A program made the translations under genes and the position numbers. The notes under the pieces are model-generated. The model was given only the letters and a program-made list of their open reading frames with translations. It was not told the origin of the DNA and did no database searches. Below are positions 9,852 through 20,560 of a stretch of DNA of 59,180 nucleotides, piece after piece. The stretch spans positions 1 through 59,180 of the forward strand of contig CASFDI010000090.1 in the NCBI GenBank assembly GCA_949293405.1, in the 5' to 3' direction. Each line of letters starts with the position of its first letter. The stretch's first letter is position 1. The stretch is from an uncultured bacterium. GTDB lineage: Bacteria; Bacillota; Clostridia; Oscillospirales; CAG-272.

Positions 9852-9900
9852 CAGTTGGCTCATTCAGGCCGTATGCCCCTATCAGACCAAGTAAGCGATA

Positions 9901-9949
9901 GAAACCAGGCCCGTCCGATTGTCTTCGGCAGTCGGACGGGTCTGATTTC
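9901..9949 (+). terminator. terminator hairpin after the esterase gene
   Basis: CAGGCCCGTCCGATTGTC-TTCG-GCAGTCGGACGGGTCTG long stem. Confidence 0.7.
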
Positions 9950-10249
9950 GCGCAAAGGAGGAGAAAAGCCCACACGGAAGCAACTTTCTCTCTTCTGTAT
10001 ATTTTAGTTTTTTACAATAATTTAATGTTTAGTAAAAACTTCCGTCCTGCTTTGGCAGAAGAGTGGCCGTTCCGATACACGAAGAAGCAGGGGAGGGAAA
10101 GGTCCATACAGGGATATGCTCCCGGTAAAATCCGACACGGGTAAGGCGAGGGCCGCCCGATGGCGGTCGGCAGGGGTACACGGGCCGTACCGGCACGGCG
10201 CGAAGGCTCTGCATAAGGGAGCATCAACCGTTTTACAAAACCGGAAGAG

Positions 10250-10275
10250 GCAGGGATTCGTTTCCCTGCTTTTTT
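10250..10275 (+). terminator. intrinsic terminator with no credible upstream ORF
   Basis: GCAGGGA-TTCGTT-TCCCTGC followed by TTTTTT. Confidence 0.65.
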
Positions 10276-10644
10276 CATAACAGGCAGATGCACGGCAGGT
10301 ATGCCGGTTGGTGTTCTTTTCCCGGATGGTATACGGCAACCCGCAGGAAAGTTTATTCGTTTATATGCCCGTTCAGCGACAGGGGGGTACCGTATGACGG
10401 CATGGAAATCTCTCCCGGTAAAGACCGGTACAGAAGGGAAAACTTTTACGGAACCATGGGGGGACGGTTGTTTTTGACCGGTAAGTTCCGGTGGGGGCTG
10501 AATAACATGCGGGGATCCGTTTGTGGCTGTTTACAGATGTAAGGATTTTGTTTTTGCGGTTTTTTTGATCGGGTGCCGGATGTGACAGAAATCGCGCGGC
10601 TTTTCTGCTATGATGCTGGTATCGAGGAAAAAGGAGGAATCAAT

Positions 10645-10974
10645 ATGATACAGGAACGCGCCAGGGTCAGGCTGGAATATGAGGACGGCGTGCTGCACGC
10701 TGCCGTATATGGGGAGATCGATCATCACAGTGCGCGTCCGCTGCGTGAGGAGCTGGACCAGGCACTGTATAAGTACCGTCCCCGCAGATTGATCATCAGT
10801 CTTAAATGCGTGAGTTTCATGGACAGTTCCGGACTTGGGCTGATTCTGGGCCGGGTCAATACGGCGGAGGATGTGGGCGCGGTGGTCGAAGTCACCGATC
10901 CGGGCACCCAGATCAAAAAGATCCTGACGCTGGCAGGGGCATCCCGTCTTGCCAATCTGAAAATACAAGGATGA
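10645..10974 (+). CDS. spoIIAA: anti-sigma F factor antagonist (STAS domain)
   Basis: GEIDHHSA and FMDSSGLGLILGR with the phosphorylatable Ser; RBS AAGGAGG before ATG 10645. Confidence 0.95.
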   Translation: MIQERARVRLEYEDGVLHAAVYGEIDHHSARPLREELDQALYKYRPRRLIISLKCVSFMDSSGLGLILGRVNTAEDVGAVVEVTDPGTQIKKILTLAGASRLANLKIQG

Positions 10975-10985
10975 AAGGAAAAACG

Positions 10986-11441
10986 ATGAAAGTAAAAAAC
11001 GAAGTGTTCAACACCATGAAACTGACCCTGCCGGCGCTCAGTATCAATGAGAGCGTCTGCCGGGCATTCACCGGGGCGTTTCTCTCCTGCCTCAATCCCA
11101 CAATCGAGGATCTGTGTGATCTCAAATGCGTGGTGTCCGAGGCGGTAACCAACTGCATTGTACATGCCTACGGCCCCGGTTTTTCAGGTCGGGAGGATCA
11201 GAAACTGATTTACATAACCATGACCCTGTTTGCCAACCGGACGGTGCGCATTACCGTGCGGGATCGGGGCGTGGGGATTCCGGATGTGGAACAGGCGCGG
11301 CAACCCCTGTTCACTACCGGCGCGGGGGACGAACGGTCGGGCATGGGCTTTTCCGTAATGGAAAGTTTTACCGATCGGATGACGGTTCACTCACGGCCGG
11401 GGCAGGGGACCAGTGTGACCCTGATCAAACGCGTCCGGTAA
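10986..11441 (+). CDS. spoIIAB: anti-sigma F factor, Ser kinase
   Basis: VSEAVTNCIVHAY, DRGVGI, ERSGMGF; operon position. Confidence 0.95.
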   Translation: MKVKNEVFNTMKLTLPALSINESVCRAFTGAFLSCLNPTIEDLCDLKCVVSEAVTNCIVHAYGPGFSGREDQKLIYITMTLFANRTVRITVRDRGVGIPDVEQARQPLFTTGAGDERSGMGFSVMESFTDRMTVHSRPGQGTSVTLIKRVR

Positions 11442-11456
11442 AACAAGGAGGCGCAT

Positions 11457-12185
11457 ATGGGGGAGAGGCGCTATGAGGACAACCCCGAACTGATCCGCCG
11501 GTCGCAGGCCGGAGACCGCAGTGCGACCGAAGCACTGGTCAGAAACAATGCAGGTCTGGTAGCGGGAATTGCGGTACGGTTTGCCGGCCGGGGAACCGAT
11601 ACGGAAGATCTGATCGGCATCGGGAACCTGGGGTTGATCAAGGCGATCCGCACCTTTGACTGTGAGCGGGGCTGTGCATTCTCAACCTATGCGGTGCCGC
11701 TGATTTTCGGTGAAATCCGGCGCTTTCTGCGGGATGACGGTCTGATCAAGGTTTCCCGGGAGCAGAAGCGTCTGGGAGCAGCCCTTTTGCGCGAGCGGGA
11801 ACGGGCGGCAGAAGAAGCGGGGGGTGAGGGTGTGCGGCTGGAGCAATTGGCGCAGCGGGTAGGTGTCAGTCCTGCCGAAGCAGCCAGTGCCCTGTCTGCT
11901 TCCTCTCCCGTCCGTTCTCTTTCGGAGGTGCTGTACGGGGAAGAGGACGGTCCCACTCTGGAAAATTGCGTCGCGGACCCGGACGAGCAGTCGCGCCGAG
12001 AAGAGCATCTGGCGCTTTCCCTCGCTCTGGAAACACTTCCCCCGCTGTGGCGCCGCATTATCGGGCTGCGGTATTTCAAGGACCTGAGTCAGCAGCAGAC
12101 AGCGCGCCTGCTGGGGCTGACTCAGGTCAAGGTTTCCCGGGAGGAAAAGAAAATTCTCGCCCTGTTACGGCAAAAACTGTCATAA
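11457..12185 (+). CDS. sigF: sporulation sigma factor F
   Basis: FSTYAVPLIFGEIRRFLRDDG, QVKVSREEKK; third gene of the spoIIA operon. Confidence 0.93.
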   Translation: MGERRYEDNPELIRRSQAGDRSATEALVRNNAGLVAGIAVRFAGRGTDTEDLIGIGNLGLIKAIRTFDCERGCAFSTYAVPLIFGEIRRFLRDDGLIKVSREQKRLGAALLRERERAAEEAGGEGVRLEQLAQRVGVSPAEAASALSASSPVRSLSEVLYGEEDGPTLENCVADPDEQSRREEHLALSLALETLPPLWRRIIGLRYFKDLSQQQTARLLGLTQVKVSREEKKILALLRQKLS

Positions 12186-12218
12186 TTGTTAATTAACTGT
12201 GAATTCTCAAAAAAAGGC

Positions 12219-12247
12219 TTGATTTTTGAAAGGGTATGCTATACAAT
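12219..12247 (+). promoter_or_regulatory. sigma-A promoter of groESL
   Basis: TTGATT-17-TACAAT just upstream of CIRCE. Confidence 0.75.
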
Positions 12248-12258
12248 AAATAACGAAA

Positions 12259-12285
12259 TTAGCACTCAGGCTTTTTGAGTGCTAA
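12259..12285 (+). promoter_or_regulatory. CIRCE element (HrcA operator)
   Basis: Exact consensus TTAGCACTC-N9-GAGTGCTAA upstream of groES. Confidence 0.97.
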
Positions 12286-12323
12286 GAAGAACCGATTACA
12301 TTATCCGTATGGAGGAAGAAAAT

Positions 12324-12608
12324 ATGAAAATCAGACCTTTGATGGACCGTGTGGTGGTAAAAGCCACCGAAGCCGAAGAAACTACCAAATCCGGACTGAT
12401 TTTGCCCGGAACCGCGAAGGAAAAGCCTCAGGTTGCCCAGGTTGTGGCGGTTGGCCCCGGCGGTGTTGTGGACGGTAAGGAAGTACAGATGACCGTCAGC
12501 GTCGGAGACAAGGTGATTGTCAGCAAGTATGCCGGAACCGAAGTCAAGTGCGATGGAGAAGAGTACACCATCGTCAGACAGGGCGATATTCTGGCAATCG
12601 TTGAGTGA
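12324..12608 (+). CDS. groES: co-chaperonin GroES
   Basis: MKIRPLMDRVVV...SGLILP...KYAGTEVK; RBS GGAGG. Confidence 0.98.
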   Translation: MKIRPLMDRVVVKATEAEETTKSGLILPGTAKEKPQVAQVVAVGPGGVVDGKEVQMTVSVGDKVIVSKYAGTEVKCDGEEYTIVRQGDILAIVE

Positions 12609-12654
12609 CATTGCCACCGATTCGGTTATTTTGAGAATTTATATAAAGAGGTAA

Positions 12655-14349
<1,695 letters not shown>

Positions 14350-14405
14350 ATGCTCGGCAAAGGAACTGCCCTGATACACTGATGAGTCGCGATTTTGATG
14401 AAATT

Positions 14406-14439
14406 CGGGCGGTGTCGGTCGAGCGACCGACACCGCCCG
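14406..14439. repeat. perfect 16-bp inverted repeat with 2-nt loop
   Basis: CGGGCGGTGTCGGTCG-AG-CGACCGACACCGCCCG. Confidence 0.9.
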
Positions 14440-14603
14440 GCAGATCCTCATTCTCAAATTTGCAAACTTCACAGTATTGTGATATAATTTTTATAACAAA
14501 GACGGTTTGTTTTTCTGAAAATTAAGAAAACCATGCAAAAGATCCGGCATTTTAGCAAGTTATATTGATGAAGGCATTTTCAGAGATGAAGAAAGGGGGG
14601 CTT

Positions 14604-14789
14604 ATGGTTATTACTGACAAAATACAAAAGACAATCGTTTCTGACGAGCAGATTGTGGAATTGTATTGGAAAAGAGATGAAAAAGCAATACAGTTTACTG
14701 ATGATAAGTATGGGCAGTTTCTTTATCGCGTTGCTTATAATATTCTGCACGACCGGTCGGATTGTGAGGAATGTCAGAATGACACATAT
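14604..14789 (+). pseudogene. 5' fragment of an ECF sigma factor (region 2 only)
   Basis: SDEQIVELYWKRDEKAI...YGQFLYRVAYNILHDRSDCEECQNDTY aligns with the intact sigma at 17845-18393; similarity stops abruptly after NDTY. Confidence 0.85.
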
Positions 14790-14791
14790 AA

Positions 14792-15178
14792 TATGATACG
14801 CTTTATTCAAAATTGGAATTGGAGGGCGCATCCATTATGGTCACATACAAAAGCGATGAGAACGGAAACGCAGATCTCGGGTCTCCGCTGCAAATGAAAA
14901 TCAGGCACAGGTATTCAACCGGAACGGGGAATGATCTTGTTAACTATTATGTGTTGTTCGGTAAAGACAGTGTTGATGACAGTTATATAGGGGGGTATGA
15001 GGAGCAGGGGCTCACAAAAATCATCAATGGTGTGACGGTTCACTATTCGGAAATATATGACGGTTCCCATCATACACAGGCAAAATTCCTTTATGAAGGT
15101 CATCTGTATGTGGTAGATCTTGCTTCAGCCGGCGAAATTGATCTGGATCATTATCTGAATTTACTGCTGGGTGTCTGA
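14792..15178 (+). pseudogene. probable 3' remnant of the cognate anti-sigma/extracellular sensor gene
   Basis: Frame opens right after TAA at 14789-14791, at the sigma junction (YDTLYSKLELEGASIMV...); no good RBS or start; soluble beta-rich sequence. Confidence 0.55.
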
Positions 15179-15189
15179 GAGGTGATAAC

Positions 15190-15525
15190 ATGCTTATATA
15201 TTACGGCGTATATGCTGATATCGGTACAGGCGGAATGCTTTTTCTTTTGATTTTGTATTTAACAGCGGGTGTATGCTTTGCTTTCCTGAAAAGAACAAAG
15301 CGGCAGATCATTGTTTTAAGTGTATGCATAACTGCATTAATCGTATGCGAAATCGGTATGATTGTTCCGACGCCGAGTTGGTTGGCCGGAGACGGATACG
15401 CAGTAACACAGGATCTGTCTTTAATCATTGCATCCTATCTTGTTCCGATTGTACTTGGCATGATTACATGCGGCCTGTTCAAGATCATCATCATCCTGAT
15501 GAAGCGGGGGAGGGCAAAAGAGTGA
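15190..15525 (+). CDS. small membrane protein (3 TM helices)
   Basis: RBS GAGAGGTGA; three hydrophobic segments; basic C-terminus. Confidence 0.75.
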   Translation: MLIYYGVYADIGTGGMLFLLILYLTAGVCFAFLKRTKRQIIVLSVCITALIVCEIGMIVPTPSWLAGDGYAVTQDLSLIIASYLVPIVLGMITCGLFKIIIILMKRGRAKE

Positions 15526-15835
15526 AATTTGTCCGTTTCAGCACCTACGGTATTCATTGAATTGCGGTTTTGCTCCTGAGCAAAAGCGGGGCGCGCAAGG
15601 TGCTTCTGCCTTCCCAAACAGCGCGATGAATGCTATGATGAATGCTATGAGGTGTTGCGAAAAGGGAGGAAGGCATGAACAGGTCCCCCTTTTTTTCGGC
15701 GCGGGTTTTACAGGGAAGGCTCCGGCGCGCAGCCGTATAGAGGCAGTGCCGGCGTTGCAGCCGTGCGTGTCGGTTGACTTTTTCCGGACGGCGCGGTACA
15801 GCGCAAGGATCCCTGTATCCTCGGCAGCGGTCACT

Positions 15836-15930
15836 GCAGCTCCCGCAGGCGGCGGAATGGGCGGAATGTATTGATCCCCGGATCTGTTCTGAGGGCGGGT
15901 ACAGCAAGTGCTGTACCCGCCCTCTTTTTT
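15836..15930 (+). repeat. direct repeat copy 2: displaced groEL 3' end and terminator (attR-like)
   Basis: Encodes [12 protein letters not shown] again and repeats the terminator with only a few differences; probably also terminates the convergent gene. Confidence 0.92.
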
Positions 15931-15985
15931 CTTTTTGACCGGGGTATCGCCGCTTTCTGCCTGCGGCCATGTGACAGACAAGATT

Positions 15986-17848
15986 TTACGGGGCATAAAG
16001 CGGCTGTACGATGATCTGCCCTTCTGCATCGGTCAGATAGATTTCAGTATCGGTGAACATGATGAGGTCGGGCTTTTCCATGCTGCCGAGCTGTTCCTGC
16101 GCGGGCAGGAAAAAGGAGGAGCCGTCATGACAGATCAGAAGGAGGAATTCCTTTGAACGGTCCTCTTCCGCACAGGCTTCTATACAGGCGGCATGTATTT
16201 CCGAGACGGTGAGATCCATCTTGATTTTGCCCCGGTCGCGCCAGCGGATCCCTTCCAGCAGCAGCTCCTCCGCATTCATTGTGCCGTCCGGGCCGGGTGT
16301 CCATGCGGTGAGCAGAAGCCCTTCCGGGGTATCTTTGGCGGTCATCAGAAACTGATTGTCATGGAACAGCATATGGTAGTATTCCGTAAAGTAAAGCTCT
16401 GTCGCATGTGCCGCTTCATTTTTTTCACCTGTCGAGGAAAAGAAGATGTCGGACGACTGTCCCGAGTCGCTCTCCTGCGTTGACAGATCCAGGAATACAA
16501 ATGAATAATCCAGGTTGAGCGAGAAGCTCAGAAACAGCCGGTTGCCGCAGCGGAAGACATGACAGTCATCCAGAGATTCAAAAGGGGCGTATTCCGCTTC
16601 TTTGCTGATCAGGCAGGCCGCCGGATCGATCTGATAGGCGCGGATGCGGTACTGATATGCTTGGGAGAAAGGGGTGATCTGTTCTGTCTGCGTAACCGCA
16701 AAGAAGGGTTCTTCCGGGTCGTCCGATCCTGACAGGTGGCGCAACTCACCGTAAAGGTGTACCGTGCCGGACAGGGATGCGCCGTCCCCGAATGAAAAGA
16801 TCAGAAGCTCGGTATCCACCGTGCCGCCTTTTCCCGCGACCAGGCGGGGAATCAGGAGCCGGTCGTTCGTGACGATCGGCTGTCCTTCGGAGGCATAGAA
16901 CGCCTGTATGCTGGTGATTTCCGATGATGCGGTGTTCAGACTGACCACTACGGAATAACTGTCAGAGCAGGCTTCGTCCGGAAACAGGATGTGTTCCGCG
17001 GGCAGAATGTTCCAGCCGGTTCCGGAATCGAATCCCGGAACAAAGGTCTGCGGATCGGAGTAGTCGGCACCGGCGGGGGTGTAGGCGCAGACCATCGTTA
17101 CGGTACCGTCTGTCAGCCGGGCGTGCTGTATGGCCCCGGAGACGGTGATCGCCGTCCCTGTCCGGCGCGGCCGGGCCGGATCGGACAGATCGTAGGTGAT
17201 CAGGCTGGTACGGCTCCCGCCCGGCTGACCGTCCGGGTCGCTCCAGGAAAAAAGCATGATCAGCTGCCCCTTCTGCTCATCCGGCAGCAGTTGCGCTCTT
17301 CCGGGGCCGTAACCGGCAAATTCCTCCGCTTCGCAGGAGTACAGCAGGGGCAGAGAGCCCCTTCCGTAACGGTATACCTTCAGACAGCAGCCGTCTGCAT
17401 AGTACAGATAGGACCCCAGGCGTACGGTCGGAACCGAAAATACGGGATCGGAAGGAGAGGCATCCGCGGCAGGCTCGGCAGAACCGTCGCCGCTGTATGT
17501 CGTGTCCGGGCCGGATCCTAAGGTCCGGGCCTTGAAATAGCGGCGGCAGATCAGATCGAGCAGATTCCGGTACTGCGGTCTGCCGTTATAGTGGTCCATC
17601 GACTGCATCAGAGCATAATAGGGGCTGTCCTTGTAAGCAGACAGGTCCTGATGCTTTACGGGGAAGGGAACGGTGAGTACCAGCATGCCGATGACTGTTA
17701 CCAGACACAGACACGCCGCGATGCGGGCGGCGAGCCGGAGGACGCGTCTGCGTATTGCCCATGCCGGCACAGGGACGGTGGGATCCGCTTCTTCTATGTA
17801 CTGCGGGTCGATACTTCCGAAGGCCTGCAGCCATTCCTTTCCGTTCAT
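15986..17848 (-). CDS. putative anti-sigma factor with extracellular beta-propeller-like domain
   Basis: ATG 17848 overlaps the sigma stop (ATGA); N-terminal WLQAFGSIDPQYIEEA typical of clostridial anti-sigmas; one TM helix; propeller-like motifs LITYDLSDPARP and VSGAIQHARL. Confidence 0.75.
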   Translation of the reverse strand: MNGKEWLQAFGSIDPQYIEEADPTVPVPAWAIRRRVLRLAARIAACLCLVTVIGMLVLTVPFPVKHQDLSAYKDSPYYALMQSMDHYNGRPQYRNLLDLICRRYFKARTLGSGPDTTYSGDGSAEPAADASPSDPVFSVPTVRLGSYLYYADGCCLKVYRYGRGSLPLLYSCEAEEFAGYGPGRAQLLPDEQKGQLIMLFSWSDPDGQPGGSRTSLITYDLSDPARPRRTGTAITVSGAIQHARLTDGTVTMVCAYTPAGADYSDPQTFVPGFDSGTGWNILPAEHILFPDEACSDSYSVVVSLNTASSEITSIQAFYASEGQPIVTNDRLLIPRLVAGKGGTVDTELLIFSFGDGASLSGTVHLYGELRHLSGSDDPEEPFFAVTQTEQITPFSQAYQYRIRAYQIDPAACLISKEAEYAPFESLDDCHVFRCGNRLFLSFSLNLDYSFVFLDLSTQESDSGQSSDIFFSSTGEKNEAAHATELYFTEYYHMLFHDNQFLMTAKDTPEGLLLTAWTPGPDGTMNAEELLLEGIRWRDRGKIKMDLTVSEIHAACIEACAEEDRSKEFLLLICHDGSSFFLPAQEQLGSMEKPDLIMFTDTEIYLTDAEGQIIVQPLYAP

Positions 17849-18393
17849 ACAGAAATGCCCTCCTTCCCGAGATAGTCCCTGAATCTGTTGCGGGTGCGGT
17901 GCAGCATGACCTTGACGCACGACTCGGTCAGCCCCATACTGCGTGCAATCTGCCGTACCGGACACAGATACCAGTACCGCCTGACAAACACTGTGCGGGT
18001 CTTTTGGTCAAGGGAAGCGAGAAACCGGTTCACCGTCTCCTCCCAGATCAGCCGGTCTGCCACCGGTGCGGCACGGTCGGGGATACATTCCGCGAACTCT
18101 TCCAGTATCATAGCGGCACTGCTGCGTTTCCCGGCCCGGTTGCGGTCGAAGCGGTCGAGGGCAATATGACGGGCGATGGCGCCGAGAAAAGCGCGCAGTC
18201 TTGCCGGACGCTGGGGCGGCATGGCATTCCAGGCTCCGAGATAGGTATCGTTGACGCATTCTTCCGCATCCGCGTTGCAATGGAGGATGCGTTGCGCGAT
18301 GGCATAGAGATAGCGTCCGTACTGCAGCTGGGTCTGCCGGATCGCCTCTTCAGAGCGCGCCCAATACAGCGCAATAATTTCGGTGTCTTCCAC
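17845..18393 (-). CDS. ECF-family RNA polymerase sigma factor
   Basis: DAEECVNDTYLGAWNAMPP (region 2) and VFVRRYWY...QIARSMGLTESCVKVMLHRTR (region 4); probable GTG start at 18393. Confidence 0.93.
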   Translation of the reverse strand: MEDTEIIALYWARSEEAIRQTQLQYGRYLYAIAQRILHCNADAEECVNDTYLGAWNAMPPQRPARLRAFLGAIARHIALDRFDRNRAGKRSSAAMILEEFAECIPDRAAPVADRLIWEETVNRFLASLDQKTRTVFVRRYWYLCPVRQIARSMGLTESCVKVMLHRTRNRFRDYLGKEGISV

Positions 18394-18435
18394 AGCGGTC
18401 ACCGCCTCTCCTGTCAGATTCAAAAGCCGTTTTCA

Positions 18436-18468
18436 TATAGAGTAGGTTTTTTCGGTCAGCGGGTTACA
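18436..18468 (-). promoter_or_regulatory. candidate autoregulatory ECF promoter
   Basis: Minus strand TGTAAC...CTCTATA upstream of the sigma gene; the AAC -35 motif is typical of ECF promoters. Confidence 0.4.
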
Positions 18469-18828
18469 TGAATGCATTATATCATACTGTTTTCCGGAAA
18501 TCAAGCGTGGCATCCATCCGTCGGGCAGGCCGGATAGCACGGAAAAAAAGCTTACGGTTGCCTGTTTCTGAAAAACTGCACGGGGTTAAGAAACATTTTT
18601 GGATTTTAATGGATTTTCGGATCTGAAAACAGCATTCTGTTACCGGGAGTACCAGGGTACGCCCGGGGGGTAGAATGCTTTTACGGCTCATGGGCATACT
18701 GAATTCTATATACATGGAAAAGAGGAATTGACCGGCGGGACGGAGAAAAACGCAAAAAGGGCTTGCGCTTTTCTTCCCTTTGTGTTACAATTTATACATA
18801 TTTTCGTAAAAAAGCGAGGACAACTGTC

Positions 18829-20403
18829 ATGGCACGACAAAATTGGGCGAACCGAACCACCTTTATTCTGGCGGCGGTCGGATCTGCGGTCGGTCTCGGA
18901 AACGCCTGGAGATTTCCCGGTCTGATTGCGCAGCACGGCGGCGGCGCGTTTCTGATCGCGTATTTGCTCGCCATGCTGGTCATGGGGATTCCCCTTCTGA
19001 TGATGGAAATTGCGATCGGGCGGCGTATGCGTACCGGTGCGCCCGGCTGCCTGCGCGGGATGAACCGCAAACTGGAGCCGATCGGCTGGGCTTCCACTAC
19101 CAATGCTTTTTTCATTGTTTCCTATTATGCAGTGGTATTTGCATGGGTGATTCTGATGGCGGTGGTCAGTTTCCGCTTTGCGGGTATGACCGGCGCGCCC
19201 GATGCGGCCGATCAGGCGAGCGGACTGTTCACCGAAATGATCAAGATGGGGGATATCACCGATTTTGACACCATCTCCACGCCGGTGTTCCTGGCGCTGA
19301 TTGCGGCGTGGTTCCTGATCTATGCCTGCATCCGCAACGGAGCCCAGAGCGTTTCCAAAGTAGTGAAGTATACGGTTTTCCTTCCGATTATCTGTCTGCT
19401 GCTTCTGGCGGTGCGCGGGTTCACCATGGACGGCGCCATGGAGGGGATTGCCAAGCTGTTCATCCCGGATGTTTCCGCTTTCGCCGATGCCGGACTGTGG
19501 ATCGATGCCATCGGTCAGGTTTTTTACAGCCTTTCGGTTATGATGGCGATCATGTTCGCTTACGGTTCATACCTTGATCGCAGCAGCAATGTTGCGGCGG
19601 ATGTGATGATCATTGCCTTCTCCGATATGGCGGTTTCGGTCCTGGCGGGTATCGTGATGTTCACCACCATGTATGGCTGCGGCATGGAGGGAAGTTTCAC
19701 TCCTTCGGGCGTTTCCACCGCGTTCTTCGTCTACCCGGTGGCAATTGTCAACTTCACCAGTCTCGGATGGCTCAATGCCGTTTTCGGTTTTCTGTTCTAT
19801 TTCTGCCTGTGTACGCTTGCAATCGATTCCGCGTTTTCGATTGTGGAGGGAATCAGCACCGGTGTTGCCGATAAGTTCCGGCTTGATCACCGGAAGACAA
19901 CACTTACCATCTGTCTGGTGGCAGGGGTGGTTTCTCTGGTGTTCATCACATCCGCGGGACTCAACTGGCTGGATATTCTGGACAACTGGATCAACCAGTT
20001 CAACCTGATCATTATCGGAATCTGCGAGTGTATTGCGGTGGGCTGGTGCTTCAACACCCGGAAAGTGCTGGAGGAGGTCAACCTCAATACCAAGAAGTTC
20101 CGTGTTCCTGCTTTCTGGTTCCTCGGGACGGTGCGCTTCGTCGCTCCGGTGTTGCTGACCGGTTTTCTGGGGTGGAACCTGTACCATCTCTTTGTAGAAA
20201 ACAAGGGCAACTACGGCGGGTATCCCCTGTATGCGCTGGTGGTTGCCGGCTGGGCGGTTACCGTTCTGGTCCTGATAAGCGGTTTCCTGATCCGGCCTCT
20301 GATCAATTACCTCAAGAAATATAAAGGGTATGTGGAACCCGATCAAACCTGGGACAGCGCCGATTTGCTGGGAGACCGGCAGGAAGAAGAACTGCTTCAT
20401 TGA
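18829..20403 (+). CDS. sodium-dependent transporter, NSS/SNF family
   Basis: FILAAVGSAVGLGNAWRFP, GGGAFL, GQVFYSLS; ~12 TM helices; promoter TTGCGC-17-TACAAT at 18763-18791. Confidence 0.95.
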   Translation: MARQNWANRTTFILAAVGSAVGLGNAWRFPGLIAQHGGGAFLIAYLLAMLVMGIPLLMMEIAIGRRMRTGAPGCLRGMNRKLEPIGWASTTNAFFIVSYYAVVFAWVILMAVVSFRFAGMTGAPDAADQASGLFTEMIKMGDITDFDTISTPVFLALIAAWFLIYACIRNGAQSVSKVVKYTVFLPIICLLLLAVRGFTMDGAMEGIAKLFIPDVSAFADAGLWIDAIGQVFYSLSVMMAIMFAYGSYLDRSSNVAADVMIIAFSDMAVSVLAGIVMFTTMYGCGMEGSFTPSGVSTAFFVYPVAIVNFTSLGWLNAVFGFLFYFCLCTLAIDSAFSIVEGISTGVADKFRLDHRKTTLTICLVAGVVSLVFITSAGLNWLDILDNWINQFNLIIIGICECIAVGWCFNTRKVLEEVNLNTKKFRVPAFWFLGTVRFVAPVLLTGFLGWNLYHLFVENKGNYGGYPLYALVVAGWAVTVLVLISGFLIRPLINYLKKYKGYVEPDQTWDSADLLGDRQEEELLH

Positions 20404-20413
20404 TTTTGATTTG

Positions 20414-20443
20414 CCGCCGCGCCGCAGAACGGCGCGGCGGTTT
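20414..20443 (+). terminator. terminator hairpin
   Basis: CCGCCGCGCCG-CAGAA-CGGCGCGGCGG followed by TTT. Confidence 0.7.
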
Positions 20444-20455
20444 CTGCATGTGCCG

Positions 20456-20511
20456 TTTAACTTAGATTTAACACAAAGCATGCGTTGGATTTAACATAAG
20501 TCCTGTATGAT
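20456..20511 (+). promoter_or_regulatory. Pho-box-like direct repeats and -10 element
   Basis: TTTAAC at 20456, 20467 and 20490 (11 and 23 bp apart), then TATGAT at 20506, upstream of a phosphate transporter. Confidence 0.55.
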
Positions 20512-20560
20512 AACATTGTGCTTACAAACGGACAGGAAAATGCCTTATTAAGGAGGACTT

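Larger units (their letters stand above)
14350..15835. mobile_element. degenerate genomic islet inserted at the groEL 3' end, no integrase left
   Basis: Flanked by ~95 bp direct repeats; visibly AT-richer than its neighbours; contains truncated genes. Confidence 0.7.

Noticed and set aside
10085-10250. Resemblance to RNase P RNA (GAGGGAAAGGTCC ... ACAAAACCGG)
   Set aside because: Does not match GAGGAAAGUCC exactly, the P4 strands do not pair, and the span is too short.
10280-10640. SigH promoter or Spo0A boxes expected for spoIIA
   Set aside because: No convincing AGGA-N-GAAT or TGNCGAA match could be placed by eye.
15557-15874. 105-aa ORF ending in the GroEL tail [12 protein letters not shown]
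   Set aside because: By-product of the duplicated groEL 3' end; upstream part has no GroEL similarity and no RBS.
18480-18828. Amino-acid riboswitch or T-box before the NSS transporter
   Set aside because: The promoter lies ~40 nt from the start codon; no T-box or aptamer motif seen.
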